Assembly: GCA_964581775.1 (NCBI GenBank)
Contig: CAZOQA010000002.1
Location: 85,125 to 149,124 of the forward strand
Direction of reading: 5' to 3'
Length of the DNA: 64,000 bases
Origin: an uncultured Thermoplasmatales archaeon
GTDB lineage: Archaea; Thermoplasmatota; SW-10-69-26
Part shown: positions 9,007 to 17,530 of the stretch, piece after piece
How the letters are laid out: every line of letters starts with the position of its first letter
Numbering within the stretch: position 1 is the first letter of the stretch
The notes under the pieces: model-generated
What the model was told of the DNA's origin: nothing
Database searches by the model: none
What the model saw: the letters and a program-made list of their open reading frames with translations, nothing else
Made by a program: the position numbers and the translations under genes

Positions 9007-9783
9007 ATGGGGACTCGTGACGAGGCAACCAGGATCGACCGGATCGTGGCCCTGGACCTGGAGACCACGGGCCTGGACCCGCGCGGGGACCGCATCGTCG
9101 AGTTCGCGCTGATCCTGCTCGATCACGACCTGGACGAGATCGACCGCTGGAACGAGCTCGTCCACCCCGGATGCGCCATCCCCGAGCAAGCCACGAACGT
9201 GCACGGGATCACGGACGACGACGTCCGCGATGCGCCCCCGTTCAAGGAGGTGGCGCCCGTCGTGCAAACCCTGCTCGACGACGCCGTGCTCATGGCGTAC
9301 AACCACGAGTTCGACCTCGAGTTCCTGGACGCGGAGCTGAAACGAGCCGGCGGGCCGGGGATCCAACCCCGCTCGCCCACCATCGACCCCATGCTGCACT
9401 TCCGAGAGCACCACCCGGACACCTCGAACCGGCTCGAGCACGCCGTGCAACACTACCTCGACGAACCCCTCGACGGAGCCCACCGGGCCCTCCACGACAC
9501 GGAAGCCATGGTGGAGGTCTTCCGAGCCATGCGACGCGTCCACCCCGCCCTCTCCCAGGATCTGGCCTCCGCCATCGTGGAACCCCGCGACTGGGTGGAC
9601 GAGGAGAAGAAGCTCTACGCGGACGAGGATGGGACCGTCCGCTTCGGCTTCGGCAAGCACGAGGGCAAGCCGGTGCGCGCGCACGCCTCGTACGCCGAGT
9701 GGATGCTGGATGGGGACTTCCCCGAGGAGACGAAAGCTCGCCTGCGCGAGATCCTCGCGCGCTCCACTGCCAAGAGAGCCTAG
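9007..9783 (+). CDS. DEDDh 3'-5' exonuclease (DnaQ/epsilon-like) with C-terminal DUF3820-like tail
   Basis: Exo I 'VALDLETTG', Exo II 'MAYNHEFDLEFL', Exo III 'HRALHDTEA'. The tail 'FGFGKHEGKPV...YAEWML' resembles DUF3820. Start at ATG 9007, or at ATG 8929 which would leave only 30 nt to the divergent gene. Confidence 0.8.
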   Translation: MGTRDEATRIDRIVALDLETTGLDPRGDRIVEFALILLDHDLDEIDRWNELVHPGCAIPEQATNVHGITDDDVRDAPPFKEVAPVVQTLLDDAVLMAYNHEFDLEFLDAELKRAGGPGIQPRSPTIDPMLHFREHHPDTSNRLEHAVQHYLDEPLDGAHRALHDTEAMVEVFRAMRRVHPALSQDLASAIVEPRDWVDEEKKLYADEDGTVRFGFGKHEGKPVRAHASYAEWMLDGDFPEETKARLREILARSTAKRA

Positions 9784-10306
9784 GGCTGCGATGAACGGGA
9801 AGGATCGAGAAGGAAGAGGGGGACGGGGTCGAACCGCGTTGCAAGCTCGCCGTGGCTTGGAGGCTTACACAACAACCCAACAGGGCGTCAAGTTGCTTCG
9901 GCGAGACAGGGACCCCGCACCTTCCCCTCGGCCCCCTCAACCCTGTCACGCGTTATCAATCTTGTCGACGTGTCGTGCAACGCTTGCATCCGGGTTACGG
10001 GAGGCTCGGTTGGGGCCTTCGACGCTTGTCCGGTCTCGGCATCGGATCCGGACGACGATCAGGATCACCGACCTCGTGGCTCCAAGGAGCGCTGGATCTC
10101 CGACGCATCGTGAGCAACACTCCCACCTGTCCGGTCGGCACCCTAAAAGGTCTGGGATACCTCACACGGGGTGGTGGGTCTGTCGACGGGGACGTGCGAT
10201 TGGGACTGGTTCCAGCGCTGTGCCCGCATGTTGACAGGCCGGGCAACACGTCTGCGGACTGCGGTTTCACGGCCCGATGGTCCCCGAGGCCAGCGGTGCC
10301 GGAACG

Positions 10307-10313
10307 CTTATAG
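10307..10313 (+). promoter_or_regulatory. TATA-like box (CTTATAG) for the 10335 gene; leaderless or short-leader geometry
   Basis: The only AT-rich heptamer in the vicinity, centred about 25 nt upstream of ATG 10335. The same GCTTATAG octamer recurs upstream of ATG 17531. Confidence 0.45.
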
Positions 10314-10334
10314 CCGGACGTGGTATCCTCTAAC

Positions 10335-10823
10335 ATGGAGGCGAAGGAGTTGAACATCCGCTTGACGGTACTTCTGGGAGCTTTCTTGTTGACCGCCACC
10401 TCCGGCACGGCCCTGGCAGGACCGGGGGATCCCTTGAAGGGGATTAACGGGAGCCTTACCGCCTCGGGTGCCGCGGACGGGTCCGGGGACGCCGAGTGTC
10501 AGACCCCCCTCGAGGAGGGTGCGGCAGACCCCACGGTGGGCGACATCCATGAGGCTGAGTGCGGAGTCGGTGCCCAAGCAGGACCAGGCGATCCCTTGAC
10601 GGGGATCAACGGGAGCCTGTCGGTCCACGCGGACAACCATGGCGACTGCCAGGCGGGCAGCTACGGACACTCCGGCGGCGACGGGACTGCGGGTCCGGGC
10701 ATGGGCACCCAAGCGGGCTGCTCAGTCCAAACAGGGATGGGGGTCGTCTCGTGCGAGGCAGGCGCGCACCTTGTCGTGCTCGACCCGCCAAGCCCCACCG
10801 CCGGTTGCGTGGGGCCCGGATAG
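10335..10823 (+). CDS. secreted Cys-containing repeat protein (hypothetical)
   Basis: Signal-peptide-like N-terminus 'MEAKELNIRLTVLLGAFLLTATSGTALA'. Duplicated module 'AGPGDPL(K/T)GINGSL' spaced 54 aa apart. Confidence 0.5.
   Translation: MEAKELNIRLTVLLGAFLLTATSGTALAGPGDPLKGINGSLTASGAADGSGDAECQTPLEEGAADPTVGDIHEAECGVGAQAGPGDPLTGINGSLSVHADNHGDCQAGSYGHSGGDGTAGPGMGTQAGCSVQTGMGVVSCEAGAHLVVLDPPSPTAGCVGPG
10417..10618 (+). repeat. intragenic 40-nt direct repeat pair (10417-10456 and 10579-10618)
   Basis: caggaccgggggatcccttgaaggggattaacgggagcct versus caggaccaggcgatcccttgacggggatcaacgggagcct, offset 162 nt and in frame. Confidence 0.7.
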
Positions 10824-10892
10824 GTCCAAGGCGATTCACGGGGGCCCGGTCCCACGGGGCCCAGGCAACCACCCCCGCGGCCGCCCCCTGAG

Positions 10893-10900
10893 CGTTAAAC
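10893..10900 (+). promoter_or_regulatory. weak TATA-like box (CGTTAAAC) upstream of GTG 10926
   Basis: AT-rich patch about 29 nt upstream of the start codon, in otherwise GC-rich sequence. Confidence 0.3.
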
Positions 10901-10925
10901 CCCGCACACCGCCTACACCCGCCCC

Positions 10926-11342
10926 GTGTCCGAGTGGCGCCTTTACCCCACGCTGATCTCCTACTGGGAAAGGCAAGGCTACCACGTCGCCTCCCAGGTC
11001 ACGGATCCCCGAGGCGCCCGCTTCGAGGTGGACGTGGTCGCGTTCACCCCCCGCCTGGACGACGTGCGCATCACGGAGGTCAAGCTCGAACCCAGCCCCT
11101 CCTTCCGCGCCCAATGCCTGGACCGCCTCAGGCTGGCCCCCCGCGTGTACGCCGCCCTCCCCGCTCACCACGCCGACCGCATGATGGACCTGCTCGACCA
11201 CGCCGACGCCGACACCCTCGGCCTGCTCGCCGTCCACGCAGACCTCGTCGAAGAGACGAAACCCGCCACGCCCGCCCACGAGCACCGCCAGGAAGGCAAA
11301 GCCTGCGTGCTTGAGCGAGCCCTCCGCTCCACGCTCGCCTGA
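10926..11342 (+). CDS. PD-(D/E)XK nuclease-fold protein, MmcB-like
   Basis: 138 aa. 'FEVDVVAF' + 'RITEVKL' give the D...ExK core. The downstream blocks 'RVYAALPAHH' and 'DTLGLLAV' match the layout I recall for MmcB-family DNA repair proteins. Confidence 0.6.
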   Translation: MSEWRLYPTLISYWERQGYHVASQVTDPRGARFEVDVVAFTPRLDDVRITEVKLEPSPSFRAQCLDRLRLAPRVYAALPAHHADRMMDLLDHADADTLGLLAVHADLVEETKPATPAHEHRQEGKACVLERALRSTLA

Positions 11343-11398
11343 CCTGCGAACCCGAAGAACCCAACCGCTAAGCGTTGAACGCCCCTTCACCCCGGCCC

Positions 11399-11791
11399 AT
11401 GGCGGACGAGACCGAGGCCCAGCTCGACGTGCTCGACGTGCTCGACGACGAGATCGAGATGTTGCTTGCAAGCCTCGACCAGAAACAGGACCCCAGCGCG
11501 TACACGCAAGGCCAGATTGCGTACCTCGAAGCCCTCCAAGACCGCCTCACGGACGTCCCCCTGGGCGCCCTCCCGCGCGATCTGCTCGAGGAGACCGCTC
11601 ACGAGCTAGGGCTCACCTTCCAAGACGGCGCCCCCGAAGACCCCATCCGCGACGACCAAGACGCCGGCATCCTCGCAGCCTGGGCCCTTTGCCTGGGCTT
11701 CGTCGAAGGCGCAGCCCGAGGCGCCCAAGCCGCCGCCGACGCCCTCGACGCCTACAACGCAGGCCGCGACGAACGCGGCATCCCCCGCTGA
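11399..11791 (+). CDS. hypothetical strongly acidic protein
   Basis: ORF 11375-11791, start taken at ATG 11399 ('MADETEAQLDVLDVLDDEIE'). Helical and acidic with no known motif. Sits between the MmcB-like and AddB-like genes. Confidence 0.45.
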   Translation: MADETEAQLDVLDVLDDEIEMLLASLDQKQDPSAYTQGQIAYLEALQDRLTDVPLGALPRDLLEETAHELGLTFQDGAPEDPIRDDQDAGILAAWALCLGFVEGAARGAQAAADALDAYNAGRDERGIPR

Positions 11792-11858
11792 CCCGTCCGA
11801 ACGGACATCGAACAGACCGCCCCGAAGCCTCATCCCCCACCACGCCCTGGCCTCCCCC

Positions 11859-14528
11859 GTGGCCGTCCGTCGAGCCCTCACCATCGAAGAGCTCCAACAA
11901 CGAACCCGCCACCACGACCGCGTGATCACGCCGGACGCCCCCCTGGCCCTCGCCCTCAACCGACGCACCCAACAACCCCGCCTCGGGACGCACGCCGCCA
12001 CGCCCAAAAACCTCGCCACGCAAGGCATCCCCCGCCCCGACAAACGACGCCTCTTCCACACCCTCACCCAAGAAACCCCCCTCTCCTTCAAGGAAGCCGC
12101 CACGCGCCTGGACCTGTGCCTCTCCGCCTGGGAACACACCGGCCGCCGCGACGGCATCCTCGACTGGGACCGCTACGACGTGCCCGGCACCCACCACGTC
12201 CTCGACACCCTCGCCACAGAAGACAGCACCCACCACGCCCGCGAAGCCTACACCCTCCCCCCCGACCAAGACATCGCCATCGTCGACTACGACGCCCTGA
12301 CCCCCCTCGACCGCACCATCCTCCCCCCCGACACGAGGACGCGACACGGCGCCCAACAAGCCCCCCACGTCGACCTCATCGAACCCCTCGCACACGAACC
12401 CACCCAACTGCCCCCCTTCCGCATCCTCCCCTCCCAAGCCGCCATCACGAGCACCCTCGCCGACACCGTCACCCCAGACAACGCCAACCAGATCGGCATC
12501 GTGCTCGACCCCAACGGCCCCCTTCGCCCCCTCGTCGAATCCCTCCTCGATGCCCAAGGCATCCCCTACCAAACCCAGGACACGCTCAACCAGGACCCCC
12601 ACCTCCGAAGCCTCCTGCGCGCCCTCCGCCTGGGTCTCTCCGAGACGAACCTCACGGGACGCGACGTGCGAGGTCTCCTGGCCACCATCGACAAGAAACC
12701 CCACCCCCGCACCGACCACCGTCTCCTGCCCGCCATCACCGACCCCCCCGTCCGGCGCCTTCGACGCCTCTGGAGCGACCTCCAAGGCGCCCCCCTCAAA
12801 CAAGCCCTCTCCGCGTTCGAGGACCTCGCCAACCGCTCGCTCCCCGAGACCCGCGCCCTCCTCGAAGACCTCGCCCTCCTCGACGACCCCCTCACGCAGG
12901 ACCTGCTCGACGCCCTCGACTTCTACCTCGACACGTTCACCATCGAGCACGACTACGAACGCGACGGCGTCCTCCTCGCCTCCGCCCTCGAGAACGCGTA
13001 CGTCGACCGCGCCCTCGTCCTCCACCTCGGCATGGATGCCTCCTGGACCCGACCCATGCCCGGGCACCCCTGGATCGACGACGAACACCACAAACAACGC
13101 AACCTCGCCCGCCTCGAACGCCTCCTCCAAGCCGGAACCACGACCGCGTACCTCGTCCAAGACACACGCCAAGGCAAACCCGTCTCCCCCTGCTTCCACC
13201 TCCACGAGCTCCTCGACGCCCGCTTCGAGACATTCAAGGACCTCGAAACCCAAGGCCTCGCCACCCGCCACGCCCCTCCCCGACGAGCCCCCCAGGAGGC
13301 CTCCTGCCCCTTCCCCCCCGGAGACCAAGAAGACGACCCCGGAGCCCCCGACCCTCCCACGCTTTCCCCCTCCACCCTCGACACGCTCGCGACGTGCCCC
13401 CGAGACTGGTACATGGACCAACTCGTCCACACCGTCCCCCGCCCCCACCTCGAACGAGGAACGCTCCTGCACGAGTTCGCCGAAACCTACGCCCGCCACC
13501 CCGACAAGATCGACCTCGACGACGACGATCAACTCGCCTCCCTCGTCGACCGCTGCCTGGAAGAGATCCGACCCTACGTCCCAGCAGAACGACACGCCCT
13601 TCACCGCACCGAGCTCCGCATCGCGCTGACCACCGTCGCCCGTTGGCTCGACGAGAACCCCCCCACCTCCCCCCCACCAGGAGGCTACGAGGGCCTCCCC
13701 GACGACAAACACCGCTCCCCCAACCGCATCGCCCAACACCTCGGTCTCAAGCTCGACGGGGACCGCACCGAGCGATGGTTCGAGAACCCCGATCTCGGGA
13801 TCCACGGAGTCGTCGACCTCCTCCACGGCCCCGCCCGCATCGTGGACTGGAAGAGCACCAAGAACCCCCCCTCCCTACGGGCCGCCATCCGCGCCGCCTG
13901 CCTCGACGACGACGCCGACCCGGACCTGCAACCCACCGCCTACCTCGCCCACCTCCGAAGCCAAACCACGCACGACTCCCTCGCCTGCACCCTCGTCCAC
14001 GTGCTCGGGAACAGAAACGACACCCTCCGAAGCGGCACGCCCGAGCCCTCCACCTGCACCGTACGATACCACGACCTCCCCTTCCAAGACTACATCGCCA
14101 CGCCCCACGCCTTCGAAGCCCTCACCCAGAAGAACCACAACCGCCAACGCGTCCTCAACAACCTCGGCGAAGACGCCTGGGCCCGCCTCATCCAAGACGC
14201 CCCCCTTCCCCCCTTCGAGGACAAAGACCACGCAAGCGAGCACGAGCTCAAAGACCGCCTCGGAGAGCAAGCCCGCGCCGCCATCGGGGAATCCTACAAG
14301 TACATCGAGAAAGGAGCCCGATCCACGCTCCGCGAACTCGTCAACCTACGAAACCAAGCCCTCTACGAGGAAGACCTCGACGCGTTCGAGAACCATGTCC
14401 AAACCACCAAACAGAACCTCCACGCCTGGCTTCGAACCCGCTTCCCCGTCGACTGCGACGATCTGACCTCGACCACGCACCCGGACCTGATCCTCCGACG
14501 CCTTGGACGCTCGCCCCCGCCCCCGTGA
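11859..14528 (+). CDS. AddB/AdnA-like protein: degenerate helicase-like N-region + RecB-family PD-(D/E)XK nuclease
   Basis: 889 aa. No Walker A motif seen. C-terminal nuclease blocks 'LATCPRDWY', 'HGVVDLLH', 'RIVDWKSTK', 'QPTAYLAH' (QxxxY). No CxxCxxxxxC iron-sulfur motif. Confidence 0.75.
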   Translation: MAVRRALTIEELQQRTRHHDRVITPDAPLALALNRRTQQPRLGTHAATPKNLATQGIPRPDKRRLFHTLTQETPLSFKEAATRLDLCLSAWEHTGRRDGILDWDRYDVPGTHHVLDTLATEDSTHHAREAYTLPPDQDIAIVDYDALTPLDRTILPPDTRTRHGAQQAPHVDLIEPLAHEPTQLPPFRILPSQAAITSTLADTVTPDNANQIGIVLDPNGPLRPLVESLLDAQGIPYQTQDTLNQDPHLRSLLRALRLGLSETNLTGRDVRGLLATIDKKPHPRTDHRLLPAITDPPVRRLRRLWSDLQGAPLKQALSAFEDLANRSLPETRALLEDLALLDDPLTQDLLDALDFYLDTFTIEHDYERDGVLLASALENAYVDRALVLHLGMDASWTRPMPGHPWIDDEHHKQRNLARLERLLQAGTTTAYLVQDTRQGKPVSPCFHLHELLDARFETFKDLETQGLATRHAPPRRAPQEASCPFPPGDQEDDPGAPDPPTLSPSTLDTLATCPRDWYMDQLVHTVPRPHLERGTLLHEFAETYARHPDKIDLDDDDQLASLVDRCLEEIRPYVPAERHALHRTELRIALTTVARWLDENPPTSPPPGGYEGLPDDKHRSPNRIAQHLGLKLDGDRTERWFENPDLGIHGVVDLLHGPARIVDWKSTKNPPSLRAAIRAACLDDDADPDLQPTAYLAHLRSQTTHDSLACTLVHVLGNRNDTLRSGTPEPSTCTVRYHDLPFQDYIATPHAFEALTQKNHNRQRVLNNLGEDAWARLIQDAPLPPFEDKDHASEHELKDRLGEQARAAIGESYKYIEKGARSTLRELVNLRNQALYEEDLDAFENHVQTTKQNLHAWLRTRFPVDCDDLTSTTHPDLILRRLGRSPPPP

Positions 14529-14533
14529 GAAGC

Positions 14534-17476
14534 ATGCCCAGCGATCAAACCGCGACGCGCCAACCCGCACCCGCCATCGCCCCCCTCGACCCCAACGAAG
14601 CCCAACAGGACCTCATCACCACGCTCGAGGGCCCCCTTCTGTGCGACGCCGGTGCCGGCACCGGGAAGACGTTCACCATCGCGCACCGCTACCTGCGCAT
14701 CCTCCAAGACCGAGACCTCGACCCTCAAGACGTCCTCCTGATCACGTTCACCAACAACGCAGCCGAAGAGATGCGAGAGCGCATCCTGCGCTTAGGAGGC
14801 GACCAGACCACGCCCACCCAGCTCCACGACGCCCCCATCTCCACGTTCCACGCTCTCGCCAAGCGCCTGCTCGAGCGACACGGCTTCCAAGCCCCCGCCC
14901 ACCTCGGCCTCGACGCGCGCCTGGCGCCCGGGTTCACCGTGCTCGGCGACGAGGTCCGCGAAACGCAGATCTTCGACCAGTTCCTGCGAACCTTCCAAGA
15001 CGAGCACCCCGAGCACGACACGATCCTCGCCTCCCTCGTGGACCCCTCCAACCTGCTCACCCTGCTCCACGAGATCGCCGCCAAAGGCATCCTGCCTACC
15101 ACGACCGGCTGGTACAGAGACTCCAAGTCGATGCTTCTCGGGGACGAGAACGCGTTCTTCGAGGCGTTCGAAACCGCCAACACGCCCCGCAATGGGACCC
15201 AAGCGCCCGCCCGCAAGCGGTTCTACGACGCTGCTCGCGGGAAGCTCTTTTTCCCACCCACCCGGGACCGCGACGATGCCACGGACGGCAACCGCATCGA
15301 CCCCCAAGCCGTCCACGACGCCTGGCAAGCCCCCCGCGAGGACCTTCTCGCGTTCGTGCACGACGTCTACGTCGAGTACCTCGAGCACGCCATCCACCGC
15401 AACCAGCTCAACTTCCAGTTCCTCCTCGTGCTCGCGCTCGTGCTCCTCATCGAGGACGACGACCTGCGCGAACGCGAACAGTTCGACTACGTCATGATCG
15501 ACGAGTTCCAGGACACCAGCGAGATCCAGCTCCAACTTGCCCTCCTCTACGCCGCTGAACCCAACCTCTGCTGCGTCGGCGACTGGAAGCAATCCATCTA
15601 CAGCTTCCAATATGCAAGCGTCGACAACATCCTCAACTTCGACGACCGCGTCCAACGATACGCCCAGCGCCTCAACGCCGACCGCGACCGCGTCCCCCCA
15701 GCCACGAAGCTCACCCCCGCGCAACGCATCCACCTCACCGAGAACTACCGATCCACCCAACCCCTCCTCGACGTCGCCCCTGACGCGCTCGTCTGCCCCG
15801 CCACGCAACGCGAAACCCTCGACGAGGACGCCATCCAAGACGCCATCACGAACCTCCAAAGCCGAACGCCCACCGACGAAAGCCGCATCCAAACCCTCCT
15901 CTGCGACGACGAACCCACGAACGTCCTAGCCCTCATCCAGACCATCGTCGACAACCCCCGCTACGCCCTCCACGAAACCGCCACCGTCGACGGCGACAAG
16001 ACCGTCCTCACCCGGCCCCCCACCTACGACGACATCGCCGTGCTCACCCGGACCCGCCGCTTCGCGCTTGAACTCCAAGAACAAGCCACCCTCCATGGCC
16101 TCCCCGTCGCGTTCGAAGGAGGCGTCGAGGTCTACAAGACCGACGAAGCCAAACTCCTGCTCGCCTGGCTGCGCCTGCTCGAGGACCACCGCTCCCGCCG
16201 CGGCTGGGCCGTGATCCTCGAACATGCCGGGTTTACGCTCCCGCAAGCCCGGCGCATCCTCGACGAACACGCGCACCCCGACCCCATGACCGCGTTCCTG
16301 GCCCACCTCCGAGAGCTCCCCACACCCGGAGCCAAAGCACGGGCCATCTTCGAGGCCTACGACCTCTTCAACGGGACCACCGAGACGCTCATCGCGAACC
16401 TCCAACGCGCCTACGAAGACACGCGCTGCACGCCCGCTGAGCTCGTTCGCCTGATCGAAGACCACCACGAAGCCGGCACCGTCGAAGACGTCGACGACCA
16501 CCCCGGCGGGAACGTGACCACCGTGCAGACCATCCACGCCGCCAAAGGCCTCGAGTACCCCATCGTAATCCTCGCCGACGTCAACCAAGGACGCTTCCCC
16601 TCCACCGGCGGCGGATACCCCACGCGCCTGCGCTACGACGAGACCCTCGGCCTTCGCCTGACCAAGCGCTTCATCGACGAGACCGGCACACCCCCCTACG
16701 TGTACGACGACTGGGCGACAACTCTGCTGAAAAGCGTGCTCGACACCTCCCAATACGACGAAGAACGGCGCCTCCTCTACGTCGCGCTAAGCCGCGCCAA
16801 ACAACACCTTCTCATCACCGCGCAACAAGGACGATCAAGCCGCTTCTTCGAAGCCCTCCCCCCCGACCCCATCGACTACGACGCCGATCCCTCCCCCACC
16901 GAACACGCTCCGAGACACCACGCGCCCCTCACGATCGAGACCCCCGACCAGCGCGTCCCCCAGACGCTGCCCGTCGGGGAGCTTACCCCCGAGCCCCAGA
17001 TCCCCGAAGGGGGCCGAGGGAAACGCTTCGGGAAACAGATCCACGCCTACGCCGCCCGCGCGGCCCGAGACCAGACCCTCGCGCCCACGAACCAACACCA
17101 AACGAACGTCGACCGCATCCTCGAAGACTACCGATCCCGCGGGTTCCAGCTCGACCCCGAGGTCGACGCCCGGCTCCCCCTCGCGCTCGACGAGCACGAC
17201 ATCATCCTAGAAGGGAAGATCGATCTCGTCGCCCGCGGCGACGGACGCATCGAGATCCTCGACTGGAAGACCACGCCGCCCGGAGCCGGGCTCCGCGCGT
17301 ACCGACGCCAAGTCGGCCTCTACGCGGCCATCGTCGAACGCGCCCACCCCGACAAGACGGTCCAAGGATGGATCGTGTACACAGACGACGGAAGCAGGGA
17401 ACCCGTCCAGCCCCTCGGCGCCGATGAGCTCGAAGAGGCCATCCGGCAAGCCCTCGACGCCTCTCCACCCCCGTGA
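14534..17476 (+). CDS. UvrD/PcrA-type SF1 helicase fused to C-terminal RecB-family nuclease (AddA-like)
   Basis: Starts at ATG 14534, 6 nt after the previous stop; it is the in-frame tail of ORF 12116-17476. Helicase motifs 'DAGAGTGKT', 'MIDEFQDTS', 'VGDWKQSIYSFQYA', 'TENYRST', 'IHAAKGLEYP', 'LLYVALSRAK'. Nuclease 'IDLVARGDGRIEILDWKTT', 'YRRQVGLY'. Confidence 0.9.
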   Translation: MPSDQTATRQPAPAIAPLDPNEAQQDLITTLEGPLLCDAGAGTGKTFTIAHRYLRILQDRDLDPQDVLLITFTNNAAEEMRERILRLGGDQTTPTQLHDAPISTFHALAKRLLERHGFQAPAHLGLDARLAPGFTVLGDEVRETQIFDQFLRTFQDEHPEHDTILASLVDPSNLLTLLHEIAAKGILPTTTGWYRDSKSMLLGDENAFFEAFETANTPRNGTQAPARKRFYDAARGKLFFPPTRDRDDATDGNRIDPQAVHDAWQAPREDLLAFVHDVYVEYLEHAIHRNQLNFQFLLVLALVLLIEDDDLREREQFDYVMIDEFQDTSEIQLQLALLYAAEPNLCCVGDWKQSIYSFQYASVDNILNFDDRVQRYAQRLNADRDRVPPATKLTPAQRIHLTENYRSTQPLLDVAPDALVCPATQRETLDEDAIQDAITNLQSRTPTDESRIQTLLCDDEPTNVLALIQTIVDNPRYALHETATVDGDKTVLTRPPTYDDIAVLTRTRRFALELQEQATLHGLPVAFEGGVEVYKTDEAKLLLAWLRLLEDHRSRRGWAVILEHAGFTLPQARRILDEHAHPDPMTAFLAHLRELPTPGAKARAIFEAYDLFNGTTETLIANLQRAYEDTRCTPAELVRLIEDHHEAGTVEDVDDHPGGNVTTVQTIHAAKGLEYPIVILADVNQGRFPSTGGGYPTRLRYDETLGLRLTKRFIDETGTPPYVYDDWATTLLKSVLDTSQYDEERRLLYVALSRAKQHLLITAQQGRSSRFFEALPPDPIDYDADPSPTEHAPRHHAPLTIETPDQRVPQTLPVGELTPEPQIPEGGRGKRFGKQIHAYAARAARDQTLAPTNQHQTNVDRILEDYRSRGFQLDPEVDARLPLALDEHDIILEGKIDLVARGDGRIEILDWKTTPPGAGLRAYRRQVGLYAAIVERAHPDKTVQGWIVYTDDGSREPVQPLGADELEEAIRQALDASPPP

Positions 17477-17482
17477 AGCCCC

Positions 17483-17510
17483 AGGGGCTTGCTTATAGGT
17501 AGAAGCCCCT
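17483..17510 (+). promoter_or_regulatory. 8-bp hairpin with a TATA-like CTTATAG in its loop, between the AddA-like stop and ATG 17531
   Basis: AGGGGCTT 17483-17490 pairs with AAGCCCCT 17503-17510. The loop gcttataggtag contains GCTTATAG, the same octamer as at 10306-10313. Confidence 0.4.
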
Positions 17511-17530
17511 AGGCCCGCGGCCACGAAGGC

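Noticed and set aside
9811-9845. A tRNA gene or fragment on the minus strand, suggested by the GGTTCGA T-loop-like sequence
   Set aside because: Only a 4-bp T-stem with a G-U pair can be drawn, and no complementary acceptor 5' strand (AGAGGGG) exists within 100 nt upstream. I kept it only as a possible att-like remnant in a finding.
11613-13826. A 737-aa antisense ORF (G/E/V-rich) opposite the AddB-like gene
   Set aside because: This is a composition artefact of a G-rich antisense strand. It has no motifs and monotonous G/V/E/A content.
12116-14533. The first 806 codons of the 1786-aa ORF 12116-17476, which would make a giant Pro/Arg-rich fusion with the helicase
   Set aside because: The translation is almost pure P/R/H/T low complexity, in a frame overlapping the well-formed AddB-like gene. 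The strand here is C-rich and nearly free of stop-forming triplets. The real helicase begins at ATG 14534, right after the AddB-like stop.
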